Assembly (NCBI GenBank): GCA_022703745.1
Contig: JAKLDB010000001.1
Location: 1-51,766, forward strand
From: Patescibacteria group bacterium
GTDB lineage: Bacteria > Patescibacteriota > Kazan-3B-28
Length of the DNA stretch: 51,766 nt
Direction of reading: 5' to 3'
Positions 16,483-24,132 of the stretch are shown here, one piece after another (the first letter of the stretch is position 1; each line of letters starts with the position of its first letter). The notes below the pieces were generated by a model. That model was not told where the DNA came from. It saw nothing but the letters and a program-made list of their open reading frames with translations, and did not search any database. A program made the position numbers and the translations under genes.

Positions 16483-19077
16483 TTAAGTATTAAGTCCTTT
16501 ATTTATTTGAGTAAAGACATCCAATGCTTTATTAAATTCCATATCGGCAACACCTTTTCGGCTGTTTAGGTTGGCGCCGGGGTTCATTGTTGATACACCA
16601 GAGGTGTCGAAAAATCCAGAGAATTGATCCAGTAGGTCTGGGTCTAACATCTCGCCCAATTTAGCATTGGGGCTTGGATTGTTGGCAATGGCGGAACTTA
16701 TTCGATCTATTGCATCTTGAACAAACTTGGCGTCGTAGGATTTTCCATATTCAATATTTTTAATATTCTTCGCGATTTCTGCGTAAGCTTTTGTTACTGG
16801 GATGCTATCAATTTTCTGCTTAGCTTCGTCAAGTTTGGGTTGTAGCTCTCTTAGTTCAACTATGTTGCTGATCTGTCCCGTTGTAATATTGCTATTTTTT
16901 GATTCCATAGCCAGATTGCGAGTGAGGGCGAGGTCATCAAAACCGACTCCATTAGCAAGTGCGGTGGCGATACCCCTCATGGCAGGAGCGTTAACAAATA
17001 TATTGTTAATTTCAGTTTCTTTCTGTTCGGGAGAAAGGTCTGTACGGTTCATGATTTTTTCTAATTTTTCACGATTAAAGTCTGCCAACTCGAGATCGCC
17101 ATCTCTGGTGGTCGATAAAGCGTCACGGGTAGCTTCGTCCGAAATAGTTTTTAATACTTGTTCGCTAGCATTGCGGATGTTGATATTTATATTCCCCGTA
17201 GATTGTTTAAGTTGTTCAACTCTATTATTGAGAGTTGCTTGTTTGATATAGTCTTCGCTGGTAGGTTGATTAGGGGTTGTTCTGGCTGAGGCTGAATTAC
17301 GACCTGGTATTGGATTAAGATTTACTTTGTTATGGATACCGAGTTCGGAACGTATTTCGTTGTTTTCTAGTTCGTTATCTTTAATAACATCATTGAATGC
17401 CTTTATGGCTTCATATTTTCCGGCTCCACTACTTCTATTAGTTTCGCGTTTTAAGAGTATAAGCATAGCTGATAGTTTCATTTTTGCGTCGTTATCGTTC
17501 GGATTGCTTTTGATTTTTGCAATTATCTCCTCGATAGCTTTCTGTAGTTCGCCTGCATTACGGTCCTTCTTGGCTTCAGAATCAACTTCATCCATAATAG
17601 CGGCCATATATGCCTTATTGTCTGCATCAACGGCGAGTCCGAGATTAGTCTTTTCGGCCCTATCTTTAATTCTGTTTTTAGCAGCTTTGGCTGCTTCTGG
17701 ATCTGCAGCTAACCAAGCATCAAAGCCACCATGTTCCTTGGCTCCGGGTTCTTGTTCAAGTTGAATTTTAATATTACCTTCAAGTGTTTGATTGTTTTTG
17801 TTATAGCGACTAACAGCACGGTCTCGCGCAGCTTTGTTTGCAAAGGAAGCTCGTTGTTTGGCTTGATTTTCAACCTGTTGTTTGCGATCAGCAATTTTAC
17901 CAGCTGCCCAACGATAATCGGGTATATACCTACCTACCCGGAATCCTACATCCTTACCCCTAGCCTTAACGTCGTTCCAAATACCTTTACCAAAATCTCT
18001 ACCAGCCTTACCTACATAGTTGGGGAGCATATTGGTAAGAGCACTGACTGGGACTTTTAGCATTGCCGGTACAGAAGATGCAGCAATGAGAACTCCGAGA
18101 CCGATGATTAGAAGAAACAGTTGTCCAGTTCCAGTTAGTGTGCCTGGATCGGTTTGGGCTTGATGTAGAAACATATCAATAGTTGCAGCGCTGTTGGTTG
18201 GCATGATTAGACGGGCAATGCCGATAAGAATAAAGGAGAGGGGGAGGACTAGGACCCAACGCAAGACATCTCCAAACCAGTTTCCACCTAATCCCTGGAG
18301 TTCCTTTTGAGGTAGGACGCTAATTGCAGCTTGGATTGGTCCGAAGATAGCTAAGATTGCCAAACGGATAGCACGTTCGACTAAGACGAACATTAGGCGG
18401 AATAGAACGTAGGCGATAATAGCTTGTGCGGCCATTACTTCAAAAGCTATCCATACTTTATCCCAAGAATCTCCAGGGGTAGCTCCAAGACCCATAAAGT
18501 CTTTTGGCAGAACCAGACCATGTAGCCATTCATGCATTTGGGAAGTGTCTCCTCCCTGCATTCCAAAGGCGGGGATAAGGCTACTGAAGTTTCGTAAGGC
18601 ATCACCCATTTCGATTAATAACTGGACAATTACAAGGCTGAGGTTGGCTAGGGCGATAGCGGTAATAAGGGCGGTAACAGCTTTTTTGAAGTTGTAACTA
18701 GCGTTACGGGTGATGATGAAAATAGCGAAGATGAAGAGGGCGAGGAAGAAGATGATATTAGTAAGATCAAGCATGGCTCTCCATGCGGTGTGTAATTGTT
18801 CTCCAAAGATAAGGCTATTTTGGCCCGGCAAGATAACGTTGATAATCAGGCTAAGGAACAAAACAGATGCCCATTGGATAAGGTTGCCGAGAGAGGTGAA
18901 TAAACCAATCAATATAGAGCTTGTTAGTTCGGCACCTTTTTCCCCAAGCCAAGAAGCATAGGCGGGGAGGGCCATTAGAGTTGTAGCAGTAGTTGTGGTT
19001 ATCAAAAGGCCACCCAGAATAAGTTGTGGGCGTTTGATATTTCTAAGAGAGGTAATAAAACTAATGAAGCGCTTCAT
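16483..19077 (-). CDS. Large polytopic membrane protein, VirB6/TrbL-like by topology and position, with a hydrophilic C-terminal half of about 500 aa
   Basis: 864 aa from ATG 19075-19077 (MKRFISFITS). The ORF-track TTG start at 19134 sits inside the -35 box. The N-terminal roughly 380 aa contain about 7-8 hydrophobic helices. The rest is K/E/N/D-rich and helical. Confidence 0.5.
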   Translation of the reverse strand: MKRFISFITSLRNIKRPQLILGGLLITTTTATTLMALPAYASWLGEKGAELTSSILIGLFTSLGNLIQWASVLFLSLIINVILPGQNSLIFGEQLHTAWRAMLDLTNIIFFLALFIFAIFIITRNASYNFKKAVTALITAIALANLSLVIVQLLIEMGDALRNFSSLIPAFGMQGGDTSQMHEWLHGLVLPKDFMGLGATPGDSWDKVWIAFEVMAAQAIIAYVLFRLMFVLVERAIRLAILAIFGPIQAAISVLPQKELQGLGGNWFGDVLRWVLVLPLSFILIGIARLIMPTNSAATIDMFLHQAQTDPGTLTGTGQLFLLIIGLGVLIAASSVPAMLKVPVSALTNMLPNYVGKAGRDFGKGIWNDVKARGKDVGFRVGRYIPDYRWAAGKIADRKQQVENQAKQRASFANKAARDRAVSRYNKNNQTLEGNIKIQLEQEPGAKEHGGFDAWLAADPEAAKAAKNRIKDRAEKTNLGLAVDADNKAYMAAIMDEVDSEAKKDRNAGELQKAIEEIIAKIKSNPNDNDAKMKLSAMLILLKRETNRSSGAGKYEAIKAFNDVIKDNELENNEIRSELGIHNKVNLNPIPGRNSASARTTPNQPTSEDYIKQATLNNRVEQLKQSTGNININIRNASEQVLKTISDEATRDALSTTRDGDLELADFNREKLEKIMNRTDLSPEQKETEINNIFVNAPAMRGIATALANGVGFDDLALTRNLAMESKNSNITTGQISNIVELRELQPKLDEAKQKIDSIPVTKAYAEIAKNIKNIEYGKSYDAKFVQDAIDRISSAIANNPSPNAKLGEMLDPDLLDQFSGFFDTSGVSTMNPGANLNSRKGVADMEFNKALDVFTQINKGLNT

Positions 19078-19105
19078 CGGTTTTGTTTTTGATTTTTGTA
19101 CTTTT

Positions 19106-19134
19106 ATTCTAGCAAAAAAATCGTATTTTGTCAA
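19106..19134 (-). promoter_or_regulatory. Near-consensus sigma70-type promoter of the T4SS-like operon
   Basis: On the minus strand the sequence reads TTGACA (19129-19134), a 17-nt spacer, then TAGAAT (19106-19111). It lies about 28 nt upstream of ATG 19077. Confidence 0.55.
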
Positions 19135-19230
19135 CCCCTATTACGGATTGGGATACAGCTAGTAAGGGAAGTGGTGAGGTGGCATAATAGTCATAGTTTA
19201 CAAATACTCAAAAAAGTGTTGTAGGTTGGT

Positions 19231-20688
19231 ATGGCAGATGAGCAAATTAGCCAGTCTGGGGGCGAAAAAACGCCAGAACAACAATTAGCGGAATTATTGC
19301 GACAGAGCAAGGGAAAACCTGCTCCTACTAAAGGAGTGGGTATAAATCTGAATTTTTCTAACCGTGTTCCAAAAAAACAGACTCGAATTAATTGGCAGGC
19401 GATAGGAATCAGCTTGTTTGCTGCAGTTTTGGTCTTTGGGACGGGCTACTTTTTGCTATTAGGGCTGAAATTTAATGCGGGAGAACTGACTTTTGAACTA
19501 AACGAAGGGGCTGTTGGGTTAAAAATTGACAATAAGCCATATGGAACAATCGACACGGGATGTGTTGTAAAGCTTAAGGCAGGTAAACACACTCTTGGTC
19601 TAACAAAAGATGGGTTCTTGGAACTTGAAAAGACGATTGAGATTGCTCGAGGCGATAAAATTTTATTAAATCTACAGCTTCTGCCCATACCTAGTATAGA
19701 TAAACTAGTAGAAGGCAGTGTTGTTTATCCACGGTTGAATCGTAATGGTCTAGAAGTCGCATATTACGATCCAATAGACGGTAGCTTTAAGTCCTCGAGT
19801 ACTACAGAGGACAAAGTTGCTTCTATTTTTAGAGGAAGTTTTAGTGGGGTGGGGGATGTGACTTGGTCTCCTGTGACACAAGCAGCGTTAGTAAAGCTTT
19901 CTGGTCAGCCGAAACTGAAAAACATGCAAGATAACAGGCAGATTAGGGGGAGATATATTGTTTTGGGCGAACGACCAACTCAAGGAGCTTCTAAATATAT
20001 AGGGACTAGCACGTGGTTCTTTGACGACGGTCTAAAAACGTCTAGCGGATGGCAGCCAGTTGCGCTTAATGAAAGTATCAGGCAAGTAGCATACAGCAAT
20101 GATGGGGCGGAGATACTATATATCTACGATACTGCAGACGGGGAATACTCCCTTGTACGAGCACTCCCCAGTGGCGAAGAATGGGAGAGGGTAATTGTCG
20201 ATCTTCCTCAACTGAATAACCCCAAAATGATCTGGGGTGCAGATGACAGATATTTGCTGATAGAATCTTCGGGGAAATTGTTGCTGGCAGACTTAGTAGC
20301 GAAATCTATTTCCGAGATAGTTCAGGACAGAGTTGCCGGAAGTCAGTATGCCATTTCTTTGGATGGTGCGAAACTCGCATATGTCGTAGAAGTAGAGGGG
20401 AAGATGCAACTGAAAACATATGAGTTTGCAACGGCTGAGTCGGAGGTAGTTGAAAAAGGAGAGTTGGCATCAGCAAACACGGCCATTACTTGGTTGAGCG
20501 CAGACGACATTTTAATAGTGGCGCCAAACCAGACTTTTATTCGGATAAATACAAATAACGGAGATAGGACAATGATCCCATTTGTAGGTCAGGAAACTAA
20601 TTTGCAAATAAACTCGATGGAATACAGTTCGATCGGGAAAATACTAATGTTGGCTACAACAACGGGAATTTTTGTAATGAGAATCTAG
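19231..20688 (+). CDS. Membrane-anchored PEGA-domain and TolB-like beta-propeller protein
   Basis: 485 aa. The TM helix is ISLFAAVLVFGTGYFLLLGL. The PEGA-like block is VVKLKAGKHTLGLTKDGFLELEKTIEIARGDKILLNLQL. PD40-like repeats are VTWSP..., VAYSNDGAEILYIY and YAISLDGAKLAYVV. Confidence 0.55.
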   Translation: MADEQISQSGGEKTPEQQLAELLRQSKGKPAPTKGVGINLNFSNRVPKKQTRINWQAIGISLFAAVLVFGTGYFLLLGLKFNAGELTFELNEGAVGLKIDNKPYGTIDTGCVVKLKAGKHTLGLTKDGFLELEKTIEIARGDKILLNLQLLPIPSIDKLVEGSVVYPRLNRNGLEVAYYDPIDGSFKSSSTTEDKVASIFRGSFSGVGDVTWSPVTQAALVKLSGQPKLKNMQDNRQIRGRYIVLGERPTQGASKYIGTSTWFFDDGLKTSSGWQPVALNESIRQVAYSNDGAEILYIYDTADGEYSLVRALPSGEEWERVIVDLPQLNNPKMIWGADDRYLLIESSGKLLLADLVAKSISEIVQDRVAGSQYAISLDGAKLAYVVEVEGKMQLKTYEFATAESEVVEKGELASANTAITWLSADDILIVAPNQTFIRINTNNGDRTMIPFVGQETNLQINSMEYSSIGKILMLATTTGIFVMRI

Positions 20689-22716
20689 ATGGCTGAAGAA
20701 AAAAAGAAGTCGTTAAGGCAGAAGATTGCCCACCTGAAACAACGAGTCAAAGATTTGCTTTTGGCTAAGAATTTGTCCCAGAAAGTTGTGGATAAATTAT
20801 TGGAAGTGTTGGATGAAGTCGGTAAGCAGTGGGAAGAGGCATCTAGATACAGGGATGAGGGGAGTGATGACTTAGCAGAGAGCCTGGAACGTAAGGTGCG
20901 AAATAAATTGGACGATGTCGAAAGACAGCTAGATGAAGAACCAGAAGAAGAGGAGGAAGAAGAACAGCCAGAGGAAGAAGAGCCGAAGAAGAAAAAACAG
21001 AAGAAAAAGGGAGAAGAAGCGGATAAACAGTCTGGTCCCGAACGTGTCCAAGATGCTGCTAACAGAATAAGGCAGGCACAACAAAAAATTCGTCTTGCCC
21101 AGAAGAGGGCGCAGCAGGCTGAGAAAACGGCAGCAACAGCAAGGGCGACAGGGGTAGCCCTGAAGGCTGTAATGTCGAATCCATATTTTTGGATAGTAGT
21201 GCTGATCGCTCTTATCATTGTTATCGTAATAGCTTTGTTCTTCCAATTCGGCGGAGTAGCACATAAAGCTTTCAATGAAGGAGGTGGTTCTTTCCCAATA
21301 GAAATGGAATACGAAAATCCTGAACATCAAGTTCTGGCAGGAGAAGTAATGAGGTTAAAGAACAACGGGATATTAGTTTTTGAGGATGGATTGGAAAAAG
21401 ATATTGAATGGAGAGAGGCGGATGGGAGAATGACAATGAATCTGGACTGGCGGATCATGGCGACCCTGAAGTATTTGGGAGAAAAATGGGAAAAAAGAGA
21501 TGGAGTAATCGGAATAAAAATTAGCACTAGTAATGGTCCTTCTGCTACAAGGCGAAAGGCGGCGATAAAAATTGCCGGGATTGCACTGGCGGATCAAACA
21601 GAAGAACCCTTGGATGCGCAGAGTGCATATGAAGCCGGACAAGGGCTGGGGATTAGCCAAATTGGACGGATAAGTAATGGATTGGCGAAGACATGTTTTA
21701 AAGATAATGACGGGGATATGAAGAACAATGCTCCAGTTCAGGTAAGTTGGCAGGAGGTGGCGAGCCAACACATAATAAGACCAATTTATGAACAACTGCA
21801 GGTTGATAGCAAAGTAGTTTACGAAGGTGGTGCGGCATTGTTTGGTATCGCAAAACAGGCGGATAAGAGCGAAGTATATAGGAACCAAATGGAGGCACTT
21901 GTCGATGATCCCGAAACATGGTTTGGAAAGGTGGGTAATGCATTGGATCTGATGATAAACAACTTGGGTATCATGTTGACCCAAGGTTTGGACTCGGGGA
22001 TTCATGCGCAAACAGTAGTGTATGCAGAAGATGCGTTGGAGAAACTAAAGGCAGTTCGGGAGAAGACTCGCGGTAGGGTGCTTGAATGGAAGGATGAAGA
22101 ATTAATGCAGACCCTGCATGATGGATTGCAGATGACCTTCCGAATGATGCAAGTAGCAAACATGGTGGGGTGGCAAGGATCGAGGAAGAATAAATGTCGT
22201 TTGTGGAAGGCATATGAAGCACGACAGAATATTCGTCAACTGGTTCTGGATTTGGAGCGAATGCCAGCAGAATTAGCAACAGCACCAAATGATTGGAATT
22301 CAGACCTTATGGTAAGACAACTGATTGTCTACAGTCCCGAAGATGATTTGGATAATGGGGTGGCTGATTTAGATGTCTTTCCGAATGGAGCGGTGGCAGT
22401 GGCTGAAGGTGGAGTGGGTTTTGATGACACAGACAAAGACGGAGTAGTAGATGAAAAGGACTGGCATTTTATGGATCTGCCGATAGATAACGGGGTCTTT
22501 AGTAAGGCCGCTACTATATTTGTATATACCGATGATTCTTGGCTTGGTAGAGCGGGAGACATTCAACTCGATGTGGCATTAAATTCTGCTACACTAGGCG
22601 GATATGCCGTGTTAGATGGTATGCATGATATCTTTAGTGGAACGGGAATTTCTGTTTTGTCTGGAGAAAAGACAGAGAAGGTTACGTATAAGAACTTTGT
22701 ACACGTAGGGTTTTAG
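20689..22716 (+). CDS. Hypothetical bitopic membrane protein: charged coiled-coil N-terminus, one TM helix, and an extracytoplasmic domain of about 480 aa
   Basis: 675 aa. The ATG directly abuts the upstream TAG (20686-20691). An E/K-rich tract (EEPEEEEEEEQPEEEEPKKKKQKKKGEE) is followed by the TM helix YFWIVVLIALIIVIVIALFFQF. I recognised no family in the C-terminal domain. Confidence 0.5.
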   Translation: MAEEKKKSLRQKIAHLKQRVKDLLLAKNLSQKVVDKLLEVLDEVGKQWEEASRYRDEGSDDLAESLERKVRNKLDDVERQLDEEPEEEEEEEQPEEEEPKKKKQKKKGEEADKQSGPERVQDAANRIRQAQQKIRLAQKRAQQAEKTAATARATGVALKAVMSNPYFWIVVLIALIIVIVIALFFQFGGVAHKAFNEGGGSFPIEMEYENPEHQVLAGEVMRLKNNGILVFEDGLEKDIEWREADGRMTMNLDWRIMATLKYLGEKWEKRDGVIGIKISTSNGPSATRRKAAIKIAGIALADQTEEPLDAQSAYEAGQGLGISQIGRISNGLAKTCFKDNDGDMKNNAPVQVSWQEVASQHIIRPIYEQLQVDSKVVYEGGAALFGIAKQADKSEVYRNQMEALVDDPETWFGKVGNALDLMINNLGIMLTQGLDSGIHAQTVVYAEDALEKLKAVREKTRGRVLEWKDEELMQTLHDGLQMTFRMMQVANMVGWQGSRKNKCRLWKAYEARQNIRQLVLDLERMPAELATAPNDWNSDLMVRQLIVYSPEDDLDNGVADLDVFPNGAVAVAEGGVGFDDTDKDGVVDEKDWHFMDLPIDNGVFSKAATIFVYTDDSWLGRAGDIQLDVALNSATLGGYAVLDGMHDIFSGTGISVLSGEKTEKVTYKNFVHVGF

Positions 22717-22742
22717 GATAGAATAGGTGTTCTTTGGGAAAG

Positions 22743-22832
22743 GGAGGTGTGGCCGAGTGGTTTATGGCGCTAGTCTTGAAAACTAGTTAGGGCGCAAGCT
22801 CTTCACAGGTTCGAATCCTGTCGCCTCCGCCA
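22743..22832 (+). tRNA. tRNA-Ser (anticodon TGA), CCA encoded
   Basis: Acceptor stem GGAGGTG pairs with CGCCTCC. The anticodon loop is CTTGAAA. A long variable arm and the T-loop GGTTCGAATCC are present. The gene ends in GCCA. Confidence 0.9.
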
Positions 22833-22852
22833 GAAGGTATAATATAGATAGC

Positions 22853-23326
22853 ATGGACCAAGAGGATCAAAAAATTTTATACGAATGGGAAGCCCCCGAG
22901 TTTTCTGGGGGAAGTACAACTGGCTGGAGTGGCTGGACTTTGGCATTCTTGCTAATAGCTGCAATATGGACAGCATGGGTTGGGCAATGGGTGACATTGG
23001 CAGTGGTGGTAATGGTGGGACTGGTAATCTATCTTTTGCGAAGAACCCAACCAAGGACTTTTTGGCATCGCATTATGGAAACGGGTGTGGAGGTTGGTGG
23101 GAAGGTATATCCATATAACAAGCTGAAGTCCTTTTGGATTGTGTTGGGGCAGGAGGCGAGGGTTGTTAATTTATTACCAAATAGGAAGTTCGGATTATTG
23201 TTGACTTTACAAATAGGCGATGCGGACGTGGAGAAAATAAGGGAGACTTTAGGAAAGTTCTTGCCAGAGGATGCCAGTCGGGGAGAAGATACTGTGGATA
23301 GGATTGGCCGGTTCTTCAAGCTGTAG
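22853..23326 (+). CDS. Hypothetical two-TM membrane protein
   Basis: 157 aa. YEWEAPEF is followed by two hydrophobic helices and a soluble C-terminal domain. TATAAT at 22838-22843 lies 9 nt upstream of the ATG. Confidence 0.5.
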   Translation: MDQEDQKILYEWEAPEFSGGSTTGWSGWTLAFLLIAAIWTAWVGQWVTLAVVVMVGLVIYLLRRTQPRTFWHRIMETGVEVGGKVYPYNKLKSFWIVLGQEARVVNLLPNRKFGLLLTLQIGDADVEKIRETLGKFLPEDASRGEDTVDRIGRFFKL

Positions 23327-23337
23327 CCAGAAAAGAT

Positions 23338-23414
23338 GCGCCCGTAGCTCAGTGGATTAGAGCGTCTGGCTACGGACCAGAAGGTCGGGGGTTCGACTCC
23401 CTTCGGGCGCGCCA
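23338..23414 (+). tRNA. tRNA-Arg (anticodon ACG), CCA encoded
   Basis: Acceptor stem GCGCCCG pairs with CGGGCGC. The anticodon loop is CTACGGA. The T-loop is GGTTCGACTCC. Length is 77 nt. Confidence 0.9.
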
Positions 23415-23504
23415 GGAGAGGTGGCTGAGTGGTCGAAAGCGGCACACTGCTAACGTGTTATACCCGCAAGGGTATCGCGGGTTCGAATCCCGCCCTCTCC
23501 GCCA
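23415..23504 (+). tRNA. tRNA-Ser (anticodon GCT), CCA encoded
   Basis: Acceptor stem GGAGAGG pairs with CCTCTCC. The anticodon loop is CTGCTAA. A long variable arm is present. The gene starts on the nucleotide immediately after the CCA of tRNA-Arg. Confidence 0.85.
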
Positions 23505-23515
23505 ACTGGTATATA

Positions 23516-23977
23516 ATGGTGGATATTCATCTGCAATACTTTCAACTAGCCATCCGTGAAGCACGGAAGGCTTTAGTGAAGAAAGAAGTTCCTGTTGGTG
23601 CGGTGGTGGTGAATACAAAAGGTGAGGTCGTTGGTCGGGGATTCAACCAGACTCATACAAAAAAGGATGGATTGATGCATGCCGAATTGGTAGCTTTACG
23701 GCAAGCCCAGAAAAAAATCGGAGATTGGCGGATGGACGAGGTAAGTATGTATGTAACACTCGAACCATGTTTAATGTGTCTAGGTGCATTGGGTAATGCA
23801 AGAGTAAAGAATGTTTATTATTTACTAGCCGATCCATTATTTGGTTCGGTAGAAAGCAAGATGTCTAGGGCGCAACTGAAAAAACTTTTTCCCAAGTTGA
23901 ATTGTCAGAGAATGAAAGATGATGGTACGGTAGCGGAGCTGATGAAAGGGTTTTTCCGAGATCTTCGGAAGAGATAG
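23516..23977 (+). CDS. tadA: tRNA-specific adenosine deaminase TadA
   Basis: 153 aa from ATG 23516 (MVDIHLQYFQLAIREA). The longer ORF-track version runs through a tRNA gene. CDA zinc motifs HAELVAL and PCLMCLGAL are present. Confidence 0.85.
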   Translation: MVDIHLQYFQLAIREARKALVKKEVPVGAVVVNTKGEVVGRGFNQTHTKKDGLMHAELVALRQAQKKIGDWRMDEVSMYVTLEPCLMCLGALGNARVKNVYYLLADPLFGSVESKMSRAQLKKLFPKLNCQRMKDDGTVAELMKGFFRDLRKR

Positions 23978-23991
23978 ATTACAATGAATAC

Positions 23992-24081
23992 GGAGGCGTG
24001 GCCGAGCGGTTGATGGCGCTGGTCTCGAAAACCGGTTGGGGTTTAGGCCCCTCACAGGTTCGAATCCTGTCGCCTCCGCCA
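23992..24081 (+). tRNA. tRNA-Ser (anticodon CGA), CCA encoded
   Basis: Acceptor stem GGAGGCG pairs with CGCCTCC. The anticodon loop is CTCGAAA. A long variable arm is present. The T-arm is identical to that of tRNA-Ser(TGA). Confidence 0.9.
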
Positions 24082-24087
24082 AGAAAA

Positions 24088-24116
24088 GACCGCCCGAGAA
24101 GGGCGGCCTTTGTTTT
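24088..24116. terminator. Bidirectional intrinsic terminator between the tRNA/tadA unit and the convergent pilin-like gene
   Basis: ccgccc (24090-24095) pairs with gggcgg (24101-24106) across the loop gagaa. It is followed by cctttgtttt on the plus strand and preceded by an A-run, which forms the T-run on the minus strand. Confidence 0.6.
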
Positions 24117-24132
24117 ATAAGTAATGGATGTT

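Noticed and set aside
20685-22011. Long minus-strand ORFs (20685-21275, 20929-21330, 21373-22011) antisense to the 675-aa gene.
   Set aside because: They mirror a polypurine, codon-biased sense strand and encode S/C/F-rich low-complexity sequence. They lack start contexts, and the plus-strand gene is coupled to its upstream partner.
21600-22480. VanY/M15-like peptidase motifs in the 675-aa protein (SAYEAGQGLG resembling SxHxxGxAxD, EKDWHF resembling ExWH).
   Set aside because: The putative metal ligands are substituted (Tyr for His, Gly for Asp). The two segments are about 270 residues apart rather than about 60-100. The resemblance is most likely coincidental.
22803-24082. ORF-track ORFs overlapping the tRNA genes (22803-23054, 23029-23445, 23370-23618, 23837-24082, and the 23429 start of the tadA ORF).
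   Set aside because: Their sequences (e.g. ...RRQDSNL, ...GRDSNPRYP..., MAEATGFEPV...) are translations of tRNA T-arms and acceptor stems. The cloverleaf folds explain the DNA better.
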